NCBI RefSeq assembly: GCF_018350175.1
Contig: NC_058368.1
Span: 226,362,001 to 226,426,000 of the forward strand
Length of the DNA stretch: 64,000 bases
Reading direction: 5' to 3'
Source of the DNA: Felis catus
Lineage: Eukaryota
Positions 49,583 to 62,875 of the stretch are shown here, in pieces. The position numbers and the translations under genes are program-made. The notes under the pieces were generated by a model that searched no databases, was not told the origin of the DNA, and saw nothing but the letters and a program-made list of their open reading frames with translations. Within the stretch, counting starts at the first letter, position 1. Each line of letters opens with the position of its first letter.

Positions 49583-49839
49583 GAAAGAAAGGGATTTTAA
49601 AAGCATTTACAGCAGTGTTTGGCTCTAAAGTGTTGGCCATCATTATCATTACTAATACTATGACCTCAGCTGGGCTTGCACCCAGTACTTATTACACCAA
49701 CGATGATGGGAAAACAAACCTTCAGCACCTCTCAGGCTCAGTGTTGCAACTAGAGAAATGAAAAGGCTGAATAATCTCCTCCATGCCCTTCTTTGGTTAG
49801 GGTTTATAGATGGTGGCTGCGGCAGTGGAATGGGGGCAC

Positions 49840-50400
49840 CTCTACCTGATGCTATACGAATGACAAGGGGTAAAACCTTTTTGGAAGGCGGCTTTAGAGT
49901 ATTGTTTATAATTTAATATGTGCAAAATTTCAATCTCAGGCATTTTTACTTTCTGCAGTATATCTTCCCCCAAATACCTGCATACATGCAGAAAATAAAT
50001 ACTCAAGAATGTATACTGAACCACTGTTTATGATGACCCAAGATAGACCTTTATTAGCATTTGGTTAACTATCAAAAATAAATCTACTTTAGTTTATAGC
50101 CACTAAAAAGAAGTTGGATACTCATAGGAGTAAATAGCCAGGTGGAAAAACAGCACAGGTTGTAAACAATGTGTATCTCATGATCCCATAAAACAAAACA
50201 AAACAAAACAAAAAATGAAAAGAAAGAAGGAAGGAAAGAAGAGAAAATGAAGGAAAGCAATAAAAACACATGTGTATCTTAGCATATGCATGGAACGCTA
50301 GCTGAGAAAATAAAAGCCTGACAATTACCAGTAGTTATTCTGGGAGTGGGATTACGGATATCTTGATCTTTATGGTAGCCCTATCTTCAATATATCATTT
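49840..50400 (+). mobile_element. Ancient L1 (L1M/L1ME-like) 3' fragment
   Basis: aaacctttttggaaggcggcttt...atatcttccccaaatacctgcatacatgc...caagaatgtatactgaaccactgttt. Confidence 0.55.
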
Positions 50401-50736
50401 TTCCTAAAATTATTTTTATTTTAGAGGGAATTAGAAAATATGCACATTAAGGAGTAGAAGGGTTAACTTACCTGTGCTATTTTACAGTCTGCCCTTCAGG
50501 ACAAAGTATAGACAGAATCTTCATGTCCCAACCCATCTACAAGCACTGCAGACTGTAAGAGTTATCATTTCATTGTAAATTTCTGTAAATATCTATTTAT
50601 GTAAATTTATATAAATATACACACACATGTAGAGAAACCCCTTCCTCACATTAACAGTGGTCATCTTAAAATACAAAACTGCAGGAAAAAATTTTTAACT
50701 CATTTACATTTTGCATGCTAAAAAAATTTTAACCTG

Positions 50737-50850
50737 GGGGTGCCCGGCTGGCTCAGTCAGAAGAGCATGCGACTCTAGATCATGGGGTCATGAGTTCAAG
50801 CCCCACATTGGGTGTAAAGATTATGAAAGAAACAAACTCCAAAACAATTT
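50737..50850 (+). mobile_element. Short old CanSINE with tRNA-Lys-derived head (pseudo-tRNA at 50742-50814)
   Basis: 73-nt segment colinear with tRNA-Lys(CTT), followed by an A-rich tail; stems mismatched. Confidence 0.88.
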
Positions 50851-52269
50851 TTTAATGTCTATTTTTTGAAATAAAAAATGTATACTAAAATGTTGTAAAC
50901 TTTTCTTTACTTACATTTAAAATATGTAGAATTCGGCAACAATAAAAAATAAACCAGGGTCTTTGATAACCATTTTGTTCTTATTTTCTATCAAAATTGC
51001 CAGGGCAAACCTTGAAGCTCATTGTATTCCTGATTTGGATGAGGTCAACTCAAAATTATAAAGGAAATGAGAACAATGGATTCTGACTTGTTTCTAACAT
51101 TAGGAAATACACTGGTCTTATCACAACGGTGGACTCATAAAACCCTGGTTTCATTATAAACAATTAAACAAAACACTGGTCACCAAGTGGATGGGTACTA
51201 TTTAGGGAATATTATCTGCTTTTTGCGGCCCATCTGAGTCTGTGATGATTGAGCAGTTTAACTAGGGTATTTTTGAGAAAAAGAGTAACCATCACAGTGC
51301 CTACTCATAGAACCGGACTCAAGAATTCTGCTAAGTTAATACAATGGGGCAGTTGCTGTAAGTGATGGGGGCTGTTTGCTGCTGGTTTCTGAGCAGAATA
51401 ATCTATTCTGTGCTGAGAGCATAAATATGTCATAAGTAGGAGAGCATGTGGAAAAATATGAAATGTTATACTCTCAACATGTTCACATTCAAAAAGGACT
51501 AAAAACATCCGGTTTAACGCCTCCTCTTTTATGGAAAAGCACCTGATTTAAACAGGAACGTTTTCTTGAACCTGAACCTGAGCCACATATCCCAACTCAG
51601 ACTTCTTCCTTCTTTTCTTTCCACCAAAACATGCTAATGTGATTAACATTCAGGTAAGGTCGCAGGGTAAATAGGCCTAAGATCACCTATACAGATTCCA
51701 AATCCTATTGAATGACAGGATAGTTCACGTGCTGGGTAACAGAATGATTATAAAAAAAAAACAAAAAAAAAAAAACGAAAGAAAAAAAACCTTTTGGAAT
51801 TTGGTTTTTTCAATTTAGGCTGACCTATTCATTATAGTCAACTGTGAAATGTACACACTTACGAGGACAAACACTTAGTGTTGCATGTCCAAATGAAGCA
51901 AGCATGCCTCGGCCCTCTACAAATATTTGTCAGATAAATTGTTAGCAGATGGTTATTTACTATATGGATTTCACAGCTCCTTTGCCTCTCTCTCTTATTT
52001 CTGCTTCGTATTCTGGTGCCAGAACCATTTCTCTCTAAAGGCAGAAAGATGAAATCAGAGTAAAGAAACTCCCAAGTGGTCCACTTTATTCTATTGAACA
52101 TTTTGGTCCAAAGGCTTGGCAGAGAGAAACTTTGTAAAGGTTGATGAAAACAATCTGTTACATCTCTGTCACTGTTCATTAAAGGATCGAAAGGATCAAA
52201 TATCCATATGTCATTCAAGAAGATAGCCAGTGTTAAAAATGCAAAATTTAGAGTTGTGTCCCTAACAAA

Positions 52270-53260
52270 TTCAAGCTCCACACAACCACAACTGCCATGC
52301 TGATTTTTCTAAAACCATCAGTTCAGGGGAAATTTCAAGTTCCTGCTCAGAAATGCAAAACCCTTGTTAATTGCACTCTTGCCCGTACCCTTAACTACAT
52401 GGCCTGCCCTTTCCTGCCATGCAATTGATAATTCAGAGCTCTGAACGGCTGTACTCCCAAGTCAGAGCATGAGTGCACTTAAATGTGCAGGGCACCAACG
52501 GCTTGGACTGGGGAAAGGCAGGGTGCTGTGTTCCTCCAGGGGGTGTCCTCCCAGATACCCCACAGTAAACACCTCTATAGCCATCTTCATTGGCCAAGAT
52601 TCAGTCTCATCACTCAGGTCCCAGGAATACATTCTCTTCTTCCACCTCTCACTATCCCAACCCTTCGCCCCAAGTACCATTCCTCAACTCAGGGCCCTTG
52701 CTGGGCTGTGGCCTCTCCTTGGTAGGTCCTCAGGTCTCTTCCTTCAGCTAGCAGCCACCTTCTCATCTTTTAAATCCCTGTTCAAGATGTCACCTCCTTG
52801 AAAAGACAAAAGCACACCCAGAGACTATACCTGGAGTCCCACTTCTCCAAGCCCACCGTGGGCGAGGCCAGATGCCCCTTGTCTGTGCTCCATGGTACCT
52901 GGTGATCAGGGGTTTAACCCCTACATTCACTGTCTTGTACCAGATCATAGTCTGAACACGGACTCTGGAGTGAGTGTACCGGACTCGACTCCTGGCTCCT
53001 TCACTTGCCGGCAGGGTCCGGTTCCTTTTTTGTTAAACGGACATGACGAAAGAATCTACACCGAGAGAGGAGGATTAAATAAACCAGTATCTCTAAAGTT
53101 TACAACAGCGAGTCCTCGGGGTGAGCTATGAGCTGTGTTTATATCCTCTCCACCCTTGATAACCTGGTTTATTTTTCTCAGGAACAGACTTCTTAATTAT
53201 CTGTATATCCCTCACCCCATGCATACTGCTTGACATCTCTAGGAGCCATGTATGTGGCAA
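52270..53260 (+). mobile_element. L2 relic fragments with a MIR inserted
   Basis: tgatttttctaaaac..., ctcagggcccttgc...ccttctcatcttttaaatccctgttcaagatgtcacctcct. Confidence 0.6.
52945..53125 (+). mobile_element. MIR
   Basis: cacggactctggag...ctcctggctccttcactt...ggaggattaaataa. Confidence 0.65.
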
Positions 53261-55879
53261 ACCAAACTAAACTTGTAAGAGTGAGAAAAATGATTTCAAA
53301 GTGGTAGAATGACTGGTCCTAGAACTGGAAATGCCTAAAACATCAGCATTTGGTTCCAAGTTTGCAAGTAGGGAAGTATCCTAGGGTGGCATAGGGAGCC
53401 ATGTTTTTCCCAGGAAGGAAACAATTAAACATTTCAGATTCTACCCTTGACTGTAAACATAGTCTCCTTCAATGGCACAGCCCTTACATAGCTTCTGACT
53501 AATACCCAAAGGCTTTATGTTCTTGCAGGGTATTCAATTATAGTTTTCAACAGAAAGTGTAAATTACAGGATGCCTGATAAATTCATCCAAAAACGCTAA
53601 GAAAAACAGATGGTATTTTCCAAATCTTATCAAATGATTCCCTTTCTCCTCACTCACCAGGGTAGTTTTGCGCCAAATATGATGGAAAAGTAATTTGCCT
53701 GGCCCTGATCATTTACACACTCCAGAGGGAGGGGCTGTCGGAGTAAGTAAGATATATTGATTTCCCACACACTGCTCTCTTCCTTCTCTGGGTGGTTAAA
53801 ACAAAACAAAGTATTTGATTTCCTCCATTTTTCTACTGATGAAAGATGACAGATCCAATAGTTGAGCTCACAAATGGAAATCTTTATTATGTATGATTAG
53901 AATCTCTCTCTGTGTTTCCACTGTAACCAGTCCAATATTGGAGTGACATTCTAAAGTCTGCAAGGATAGTGCTAAGGGAGCTACTATCTAGCAGGGTCCG
54001 GTGGACTTTTCACCATGATGTCATCTCCTTGCACACTCAAAGACCTGGCCAGCTGTGACCTTGATGAGATCGACGGGGCACGCAGAGAGAGAATAGGTTG
54101 TTTGTGCTCAGTGGTTTGTGTCCTAGATAGCTCTTTATTATATTTTAGACATATCCTTTACTAGTGACAAGTGAACTGGTTATAGGTCTTTTAGTGAATA
54201 AGAACCTGCCTTAGAACAAGGCCACTGGGTAGCTGCATGTAGGAAAAACTCCTGGTTTCTTAGATTATTTATATTTTTTTTTGTAGTTTGTAGACTCGTG
54301 TTTTCCATGTTGCTATTTATTTCCACAAATCTGACAAGCTCACGCTAATCCTTATACATCCTTCGCTCCCCCAAACTACATTAACTACCAATTAGAATGC
54401 ATTAAGAAGGAATTGAAACTATAAGATGAGAGATATGGCAAATAATATTTATTCCATTCAGGTCGATCTAGCCTTGAGAACCACAGTGACTAAATCCCTC
54501 GCCCTCTTAGGCATAATAAGAGGGAGAAAGTGTCCTTAAGGCTGCAGGGCATATATTAAATGATTGGAATGATCCATTCATTCCAACAGACTTCTGTTGC
54601 TGATAAATTAAGGTCTAGCCTCTTGGAGGACAGGGAAACCAGGACAAGTTGCTAAGAGTCCACATCCCCAGGGTTGAGTCCTGTAGTGACTCGAAGCGTG
54701 TGCTACTTGGTGAGTGATTCTAAGAGAAAAGTCTGTTCACAAGTTGGACTTCATTTTGCATACAGGCCACAACGGGAAAAGAGGGCATTTATGCCTCATT
54801 TTCAGACGGAAAGTCCTTGATGGATGAAAAATCCTCTGAACAGTGGTAGAACTCTCCAGAAGACAGGGAATGCCAAAAAAAGCGGGGGGTGGGGGGTGAC
54901 TGGGAGCTGACCTGGCAACATGTTCTCCAGGAAACGGCCGGGTGTGTGCATCCCTGCAGATTATATACAAAACAGCTCCAAAGCAATGTTCTCTATCAGG
55001 CAAGGCTGCATTTCAGAGCTGTGTTTTCCAAAGGAAAAAAGAAAGAACCCTCGAATGCAGCCCTTTTGGAAAGAGGCTCAGCAGCCTGGGGAGCAGAGAA
55101 GTTAGTAGGCGCTCCCGTGCGCTGGCACCCGGGCAGAACCCCACACGAGAACACGAGCAGGGCACACAGCGCGCATCCGTAAGGACAATCCTTACTCTTC
55201 CAGGATTTTTTATTTTTAGTATCTATTTTTTTTAATAAATACTTTCGAGAGAAAGAACACTTGCTATAATTCCCAGCACCTATGTTCTAGGAAAACCTGT
55301 AATGCTTAATTATAATATTACTAACGTTAACGAATGTCTGAGCGTTAAGAAGCCCTTCTACCCTGTCATTCAGTAGATGACGTGGACATGATCACAGTCT
55401 ATATGGCTGGGTAAGTGGTGTCCCTGTCACCCCCACCAAGGTCCAGCGCTGATGTGCCTGGTCTGGGAGACCTGTCAAAGACATGTCCCCGTCTCGACAG
55501 AAGCTTTGGTCCAAGGAGTCAGTAAGATGGAAACTATTCGGCAAGAGAAATGTTCAAGAGAAGCTAGAATAGGAGCTCAGCTCTTAGAGCCCGACAGGGG
55601 AGGAATATTACACAATTTCTTTTCAAAATTATTGCTTTTTCCACAAGGAATCACGTTTGAGATTTTCCCTTGAATTTATCAATCCAAAGTTTTCAAATAC
55701 TTTCCTATCGTTGCCTGTATCGCAACGTTTATACAAAGTTTTCCCACATTCAGAAGGAATGATTACTAATTTAACTTGAAGTTGTGTAAGAGCCTTAATG
55801 GGTGATCACGCTTTTCCAGGATGTCACGGCGTACGGACATCTGGGATGGCTAAGCTCTAACGTCCAAGGTAGGATCGCA

Positions 55880-56075
55880 GGTGCTTACGAAGTCCGCTCC
55901 TGGAAACAGAGTGCCGGGGTTCAAACCCTCCCGCCACCTCTGCCTACCTTGGATGTCAGATAAGCTGACTCGTCACTCCATACCTCAGTTTTATCAGCTG
56001 TATAATGGAGACAGTAAGATACTTCACTCCTGGGGGCACTGAATGAATTAAGATCTATGAATTTTTGAGACCAGG
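55880..56075 (+). mobile_element. MIR
   Basis: cagagtgccggggttcaaaccc...cctcagttttatcagctgtataatggagacagta. Confidence 0.75.
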
Positions 56076-56234
56076 TAAGGCAGAGGCAGACGGTCATGGA
56101 CTTCAAGTTTTAACAGGCAAATTTAATCCAGATAAGCTGTCAGAACACTATTAGTAATTTCATCTCAAGAGATGAAAAACAACACTAGCATGTAAAAAAT
56201 TTGTACTTTGAATTAGCAGTGATTTGTTTCTTCT

Positions 56235-56320
56235 GCTTCATTCATTGATCTATTCATTTATCTTCCAAGTGTTTACTAACCCTCTGCTGAAATGTCTCTT
56301 TCTGATACAGTGAAAAGAAG
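56235..56320 (-). mobile_element. L2 3' tail
   Basis: ttcattcattgatctattcatttatc...gtgtttacta. Confidence 0.5.
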
Positions 56321-57149
56321 AAAAAACGATGCTACCATTTAACAGGCATATCAAGAGAGGGTTCACACACTGCATTCACGGTACAGTTAGGTGGCCTTGT
56401 GCAAATACTTAAATCACAAACCAAAGGACAAAATTTAGGAGTGAGCCAAAGCCATAAAGAGATTTTAATACATGGAAGAATCACTTACATAAACCATACA
56501 TCAGTGGAGTTCATTAAACTGCACAGTACTAGAGCAATGATTTATACATTCAGTTTTAAGAATACCCCCCAAAAGAGGGTCCGACATGGCAGCTGCCATC
56601 TTGGGTTTACTTTTCCAGAAGAGAGATTAATTCCAGGCAATAGCATTTGAAAACATTGACCCCTGGCTTTGTTTCCTTGTGAAGAGCCAAAGATTCGGTG
56701 CTCTGAAAAATACTGTTTGAAAAATAATGAAACCTCTAGAGTTTCTGGAGAAGCAACAGAGACTCCTTCTTTTTCATGAAACGAAGTATGGGCTCTCAGT
56801 CACAACAAAAATCATGCAGCTACTTCAGTTGCGCTAGAAAGCTTTAGAGTTAGCTTAAAGTTGTGTCTGACCTCAACAATTCCGTTGAAACATACATGCA
56901 TGCACACACACAAAATCATCTTAGTTTCAAAGACTGTTGTTCCTGCCATATTGAATTACCTTTAAGAATGGGAACATTAGTTAAGTGGGGTGGGCCTGAT
57001 GACACAAAGAACTGGAAAAGCCTTGGAAATTGTCACTGAAAGATCAGATTATCCTAAACCATTCTTCAAGGTACATGATCCTATGTGAGACACTGGAGAC
57101 TTGACAGGGTATTTTTGTCAGTTAAATTTCTAGAAGTGCAAGTGCTGGG

Positions 57150-57760
57150 TGTATCAGTCACCTACTGCTGCGTAACGAATAATCACAAACTTAGTGGTTT
57201 TAAATAACCCCAATAATTATTTCACAGTTTTTGTGGGTTGCTAGTCTTGGCTGGGTCTTCTGCTCAGTATCTACCCAGGCTGCAATCAAAGTTCTGGGCT
57301 GTGTTCTTTCTAGTGTTCAGGACACTTTTTCAAAGTTACATCACTGTTGGAAGAGTTCACTTCCTTGTGGTGGCAGGACTGAGGTACCTGTTTTCTTGCT
57401 GGCTGCTCACTGGGGCCCACTCTCAGCTCTTAGAGGTTGCTTGCAGTTCTTTATCATGTGATCCCCTCAAGACCAGAAGAGAATCTCTTCAGGAAAGCCC
57501 CAGTCTCTTCTTTAAGGGCTCTCACCTAATTAGGTCAGGCCCACCCAGGATAATCTCCCTTTTCGTTAAGTAAAAATTAACTGATTTGGGTGCTTAATTA
57601 CATCTGCAAAATTTCTTCCCCTTTGCTACATAATGCAACCTAATCAAGAGAGTGAGATCCCATCATATATGGGTCCCGTTCACACTAACAGGAGGGAATT
57701 GTGCAGAGCTTATGTGCAGAGGGTGAGAATCTTGCAGATTTTCTTAGAATTCTGCCTTGC
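57150..57760 (-). mobile_element. MLT1 solo LTR (MLT1E-like)
   Basis: tgctgcgtaacgaataatcacaaacttagtggtttt...aggcccacccaggataatctccc...ttaattacatctgcaaaat...ttagaattctgcct. Confidence 0.88.
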
Positions 57761-57764
57761 ACCC

Positions 57765-57915
57765 TGGGCTAGAGTACTTCCTCCAAAAATTTGGATCGGT
57801 GTTGCCAAATTGGTCTGTCGAGATTTGGGGACAATTATCAATCCACCAGTGTATGAATGTGCGGTTTCCTCATGTTTTAATCAATATTCAAGATGAGTGG
57901 TGCTTTCATTTTTTC
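57765..57915 (-). mobile_element. Ancient L1 fragment
   Basis: ttgccaaattg...ccaccagtgtatgaatgtgcggtttcctcat. Confidence 0.55.
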
Positions 57916-59519
57916 GTTTCCCTCAAGTTGAAAGAATCCACTTCATAGAAGGACCTATTTTACATAGTGGTTAACTCAGAGGGATCAACAGAATTAGGTA
58001 CCAAACTACACAGAAAAGGAGGTAAGAGATGGCCCCAGCCAGGCGGTCGCCTTTGCATCTGGGAACACAGCACACACAGAAGGTGAGCGGCCAAGATGGA
58101 GGTCAGGTGTGTCCTACCTGAGGGAAGGAGGAACCAAGATGTATCCTGAGGCCAAAGTGGCTAAAGGAGTGGGGTCATTCTTCTACAGGGATCCCTAGCC
58201 ATTTGGATGGTCTTATATCTTAGGACTCTCAGTTATTTCTGAAGTCTTTTTTATTTGAAGAGGGGGATCTGTGGGTGACCCAGTTTGTCCCTTGTGACAG
58301 AAATAATGCCACGGATCTCTGTCAGTGCCAAAGCACTGGTCCCCTCCGGAGCACACCTGCTCTGGCCCTCTCCACGCGGCCTATGGTGTGGCCTACCCAC
58401 TACTGTCTGGTTTTCTCTCATCCCTGCCACCTTCTCTCCTGGGACCCGAGTGATGCTGTTGGGGGTCGAGATGGCAGGGGCACTGGCCTCCTTCCCGATC
58501 CCTGACCATTTCTCTCCATTCAGCTCAATCCTACCTCATATTCTGCTCGGGGGCTTTCTCCAGCACGAGGGGACAAGACCTGCCCCCCCCCCCCCGCACC
58601 GCGTGACCCAGGTTTTCTCTCTGCTCCAAGGAGAGGACAGCGAAGGACCCGGGGAACCTGGCCAGGCAAGGACAGGAGCCTCGTGGAGGACCTGGGAGCA
58701 GGCCCCCTTCAGACATGTTACTGCCGTTACCCGGAGCCCCCTTAATGCCTCTCACAGCCCATTTCAGGGCTAGCAGTTCTAGAAAGAAGGCAAGATTTGC
58801 TTCGGCAGCTGTAGCTAAGTGGAAGCAGACCTCCAGGGCAAGCAGTGAAGGTAATACTTCCCGTTCCCTGGCACTTGAATAAAAAGGACTGAAGCAAAAT
58901 AAAAGGCCAATCTGTATGTAATTAAAGCTTCTACTGGCAATTGCTTCCCCCCCCCCCCCCCCCCACCATTAAAACCAGTAGAACTCCAAACTGTCCGCCT
59001 TCTCAGGCTGTCCCCTGCCCGGTGCTAAATAAATGGCCACGGTGGCAAGTGGTGTCTTTAGGCAGATCCATCAAAGGGAGGAAGATTTTTTGTTTCTATG
59101 AAAACAACTTTTTTTAACATAGGGCATTTCTCCAGAACAGGAGTTACTCACTTTTTAGCCGCATCTTCGGAAAGGATACGTATATCTGCTGCCCCTGTGC
59201 ATAGATTCTTTCTTAAAGATGACACATCTGATACCTCTTTGAGATGTAAATCAGCTTTAAGATTTTAAAACTTAGACCCAAAAAAGGCAGTAAGACCACA
59301 CTGATTATTCAGCAATCTGCAATCCACTGGGATTCCCAGAAATTCTCGAGATTTTTACCATCGTCTTTTAAGCTTTTGTTCATCAGATTTAGGAATTTAA
59401 GGACAGCAATTTGTAGATATTCATTTGCCTTCCCAAAAAAGTTGGGACTGAGCACACTTAGAATATGGGACTCTACCACATTTTTAATTCTATGACCACA
59501 TAGAGGGAAAGATTCATAC

Positions 59520-59648
59520 TATCTTATTCATTTAAATATTTTCTGAATTCCTACTACGTGGAAGGGACACAGAAAAGAGGCGAGATCCCTGTCTGTAGGG
59601 AACTTGCATTCTAAAAGGGAAAGACAGACAGACAGACAATTAGCCAAT

Positions 59649-59689
<41 letters not shown>

Positions 59690-59800
59690 TGTGTGTGTAT
59701 GCAAAGTGTTATGAAGAAAAAAAAGGAGGGTAATGAGGACAGGAAGAATGAGGGCATTGATTTTAAATCGTGTGTCTTAGAAGAAGAGGGGGATATGTTT
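59520..59800 (-). mobile_element. L2 fragment containing a microsatellite
   Basis: attcatttaaatattttctgaattcctactacgtg...gatccctgtctgtagggaacttgcattcta...agacagacaat. Confidence 0.65.
59651..59698. repeat. (AC)18(GT)6 inverted compound microsatellite
   Basis: Seen directly. Confidence 0.95.
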
Positions 59801-60639
59801 TTTAACAGAAGCAAAAGCCAAGCTTATTGTCTTTATTAGAAAACATACATTTCTTAGCTCTATGGAAGAAATTGGAGGAAAGTGAGCAAAAAAAAGATGC
59901 TTCCTGAAAATTATATGAAGAATCACATAGAAAAAAGAGGTTGATATAGGGATGTTTCAAAGCATAACGTTTTATTTGTGCAGGTGCTTCCATAGTCTTT
60001 TTTGCTTTTCTGATCATAGGTAGTAAAATACAGTACAGCTTAAAGAAGCTAATGGTTGTTTCCTTACTTGTTCCACTGAAAAGCACTAGTTCATAAGATG
60101 CATTTTTCTTTATTACAACTAAATCATTAATACACATTGGCCACAAATCATTTAAATGAGTCACAGCAATACACCCTATTCTCACTGGCTTTCTGAAGCC
60201 ACTAGTCAACCCACACTGTCTGTTCCGCTCCAGAAGCTGCCTCCATTCATCCAGACCCCATCTCCGCCTCCACTTAGCCAGTTCTGCTGATTTCAGCAAT
60301 GATGTAACAATAGATGTCATTTGAGAAAGGGTCTCTAATAGATCAGGCTTGGGAACAGAATGCTAAGGCAAGAGCGCTCTTAGCCTCAAGATATCAACCC
60401 ATCTCATAAACCGCCACGCAGAATTAATACGCAGAACCTCTCAAAATTATTTAAAAACGGCATCGGTGTTTTTGGTAGTGTAACTGAAGGGATATATATG
60501 ACAACAAAACTATTTTGAGAAACCATGAGTTAACATAAGCCCCACGAAAAGACCTCTGACACTTGATTCTTCTGGATGTCTGTACCCCCTACAAAAGATG
60601 ATCGGCATCCCCAAGACAATTTACAAAACTGGGGAACTT

Positions 60640-60900
60640 ACAAAAATGTTTTGAAATCAGGAGAGATTTTAAATGCTTTGTACTTTTTGTAAGGTATCTC
60701 CTGATGTCTGAGCAACCTAGGACATGAGGAGACAATGAAAAAAAAAAAAAAACAGACAACCTGATAGAGAAATGGGTAACGTGTATGAGGAGGGAGGCAG
60801 GTCCTAGCAGAGAAAAGCTGGCCAGCACAGCAGTACATGCAGAGATCTTGAACTGCATAGTACTGTGGGAAAGCAACAGCTTTTAAAAACCGAGAACATC
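60640..60900 (+). mobile_element. Ancient L1 ORF2 fragment
   Basis: aaaacagacaacctgatagagaaatgggtaacgtgtatgaggagg resembles the NNPIKKWAKDMNR-coding region. Confidence 0.5.
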
Positions 60901-60903
60901 ACT

Positions 60904-61138
60904 GGGGCGCCTGGGTGGCTCAGTTGGTTAAGCATCCGACTTCGACTCAGGTCAGGATCTCACGGTTCGTGGGTTTGAGCCCCACGTCGTGCTCTGTGCT
61001 GACAGTTCACACCTGGAGCCTGCTTCGGATTCTGTGTCTCCCTCTCTCTCTGCCCCTCCCCTGCTCATGCTCTCTCTCTCTCTCTCTCTCTTGCTCTCAA
61101 AAATAAATAAAACATAAAAAAAAAAAACTTAAAAAAAT
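60904..61138 (+). mobile_element. CanSINE
   Basis: TSD gagaacatcac. Confidence 0.96.
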
Positions 61139-61251
61139 GAGAACATCACAATGAAGGAAAAACAAAGAAAGAAGACGACTCTTAGGAAATCATGGTAAAC
61201 AATTGATAAAAGGCAAAGCCGTTGTATGGCTCACTGGCTCTCTATATTTTT

Positions 61252-61292
61252 AAAACAAACAAAAATAAATAAATAAATAAACAAACAAACAA
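61252..61292 (+). repeat. (AAAC)n/(AAAT)n A-rich repeat
   Basis: Seen directly. Confidence 0.85.
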
Positions 61293-61953
61293 TTATAGTT
61301 ATTCAGTAATAGTTACTGTTAGCAATATACCCATTGTTTAAGCTACCTCTATCTGTAGAATTTAGGGAAGAAGAATCAGGGTTCAAAATAATGATTTTCC
61401 ACACAAGTTTTTAAGTCATTAGAAGTCTGCAGTAGAAAGTGTAGTGGAAGAAACACAGGGGGTCCGGAAAGCCTCTCCAGACATGAATTGCATTTCAAAT
61501 GCACAGCCAAGGGAGAAGAGATGTTCATACAGGAAGATGCTCTTGGTTCCAGGGGTGGAGTCAGAAACCAAGAGTGGAAAGGATTTCAAGAAGGGAATGT
61601 AGTCAGCAGAATGTAGCAGATGTACTGCACCAAATGTAGCAGAAATACGCTCTGCGATGGATATGCAAATATTGCAGGTTCTTAAAATTCGGCATTGAGA
61701 GTGGTCTCCATTCATGGCGAGCTTGTCCGATTCCCTGATGTGGGCACGAGTCACAGCCACAGCAGGGGGAAGCCCACCCACACGCCTCTCCCATCCTCCA
61801 ACACACGGAACCAAACAGTTGTTTTCCTTCATGGCCTAATGACACATTTCCACGGTTCACCTTGGAAATGTCAAGAGAAACGAGTATCTCCCTTTTGCTC
61901 CCAAACAAGACTTACTTATTCATTTAGCCTTTTTGGGCTTTGTGCTGAGTGAT

Positions 61954-62157
61954 NNNNNNNNNNNNNNNNNNNNNNNNNNNNNNNNNNNNNNNNNNNNNNN
62001 NNNNNNNNNNNNNNNNNNNNNNNNNNNNNNNNNNNNNNNNNNNNNNNNNNNNNNNNNNNNNNNNNNNNNNNNNNNNNNNNNNNNNNNNNNNNNNNNNNNN
62101 NNNNNNNNNNNNNNNNNNNNNNNNNNNNNNNNNNNNNNNNNNNNNNNNNNNNNNNNN
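61954..62157. other. Assembly gap (204 N)
   Basis: Run of N. Confidence 1.
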
Positions 62158-62875
62158 CTGTTGATCCAAAAGCAATACAAACAACTGCTGAAGGCAGTCT
62201 GCATCCACAAAACCCCCAGCCTTGAGAACCTCAGCTGTCAGATGCTGACCTTGGATTCCTGACTTCCTACCAACTCAGTTTCAAGGAAGATGCATTGTGC
62301 TCTGGGTCTTTGCCTGACTTGACTTCTAGCCATCCTTAGCTTTCAGGATATCTTAGCACTAATCACAATAATAATACTTACCAAACAGTGATTAGGTAAT
62401 AGGTTATCCACAGAGGGTTGTCTAAATCAGCTCTATCTAGAACTTGGCTCAATTTCTCTTTGCTGGATTCAATCTTAAGCACGCTTGTCTTAAATGTCAG
62501 TGGTAACCAAATATAAACGTCTTGTTCAAACAAGTTTATCTTCACTAAACTCAACTGTAGTCTCTGATTAGCTGTTTGGAAGTTAAATAAAGCATATTTA
62601 TGGTTGTTTTCCCCATTGACGGTATGCCGGCTATATATGGGCAAAACTGTATGTCTCTGATCCTTTAAAATGTCCTAGAATTTCTTCTGTGAACTTTGAA
62701 AGAACAGGTGTCACACAATTTTATCCAATATATGTGGTTAAAGATAAATTGAGTATTCGCTGCTTTTGAAAGGATTCTTCCCATAGTATAAGAAAACTAT
62801 ACATTTTCTTAAAAGAAGTCACATAATTTCATAAAATAATATTATTTACAGTATTTCAGTTTATGTTGAATTTTT

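Noticed and set aside
59802-60320. 172-aa minus-strand ORF
   Set aside because: No recognisable homology; low-information, K/F-rich C-terminal half; consistent with chance.
50850-60900. 10-kb stretch without CanSINEs as a sign of constraint
   Set aside because: With about 27 SINEs in 64 kb, one such gap is plausible by chance, and it contains older repeats.
61920-62262. ORFs spanning the N run
   Set aside because: Artefacts of the assembly gap.
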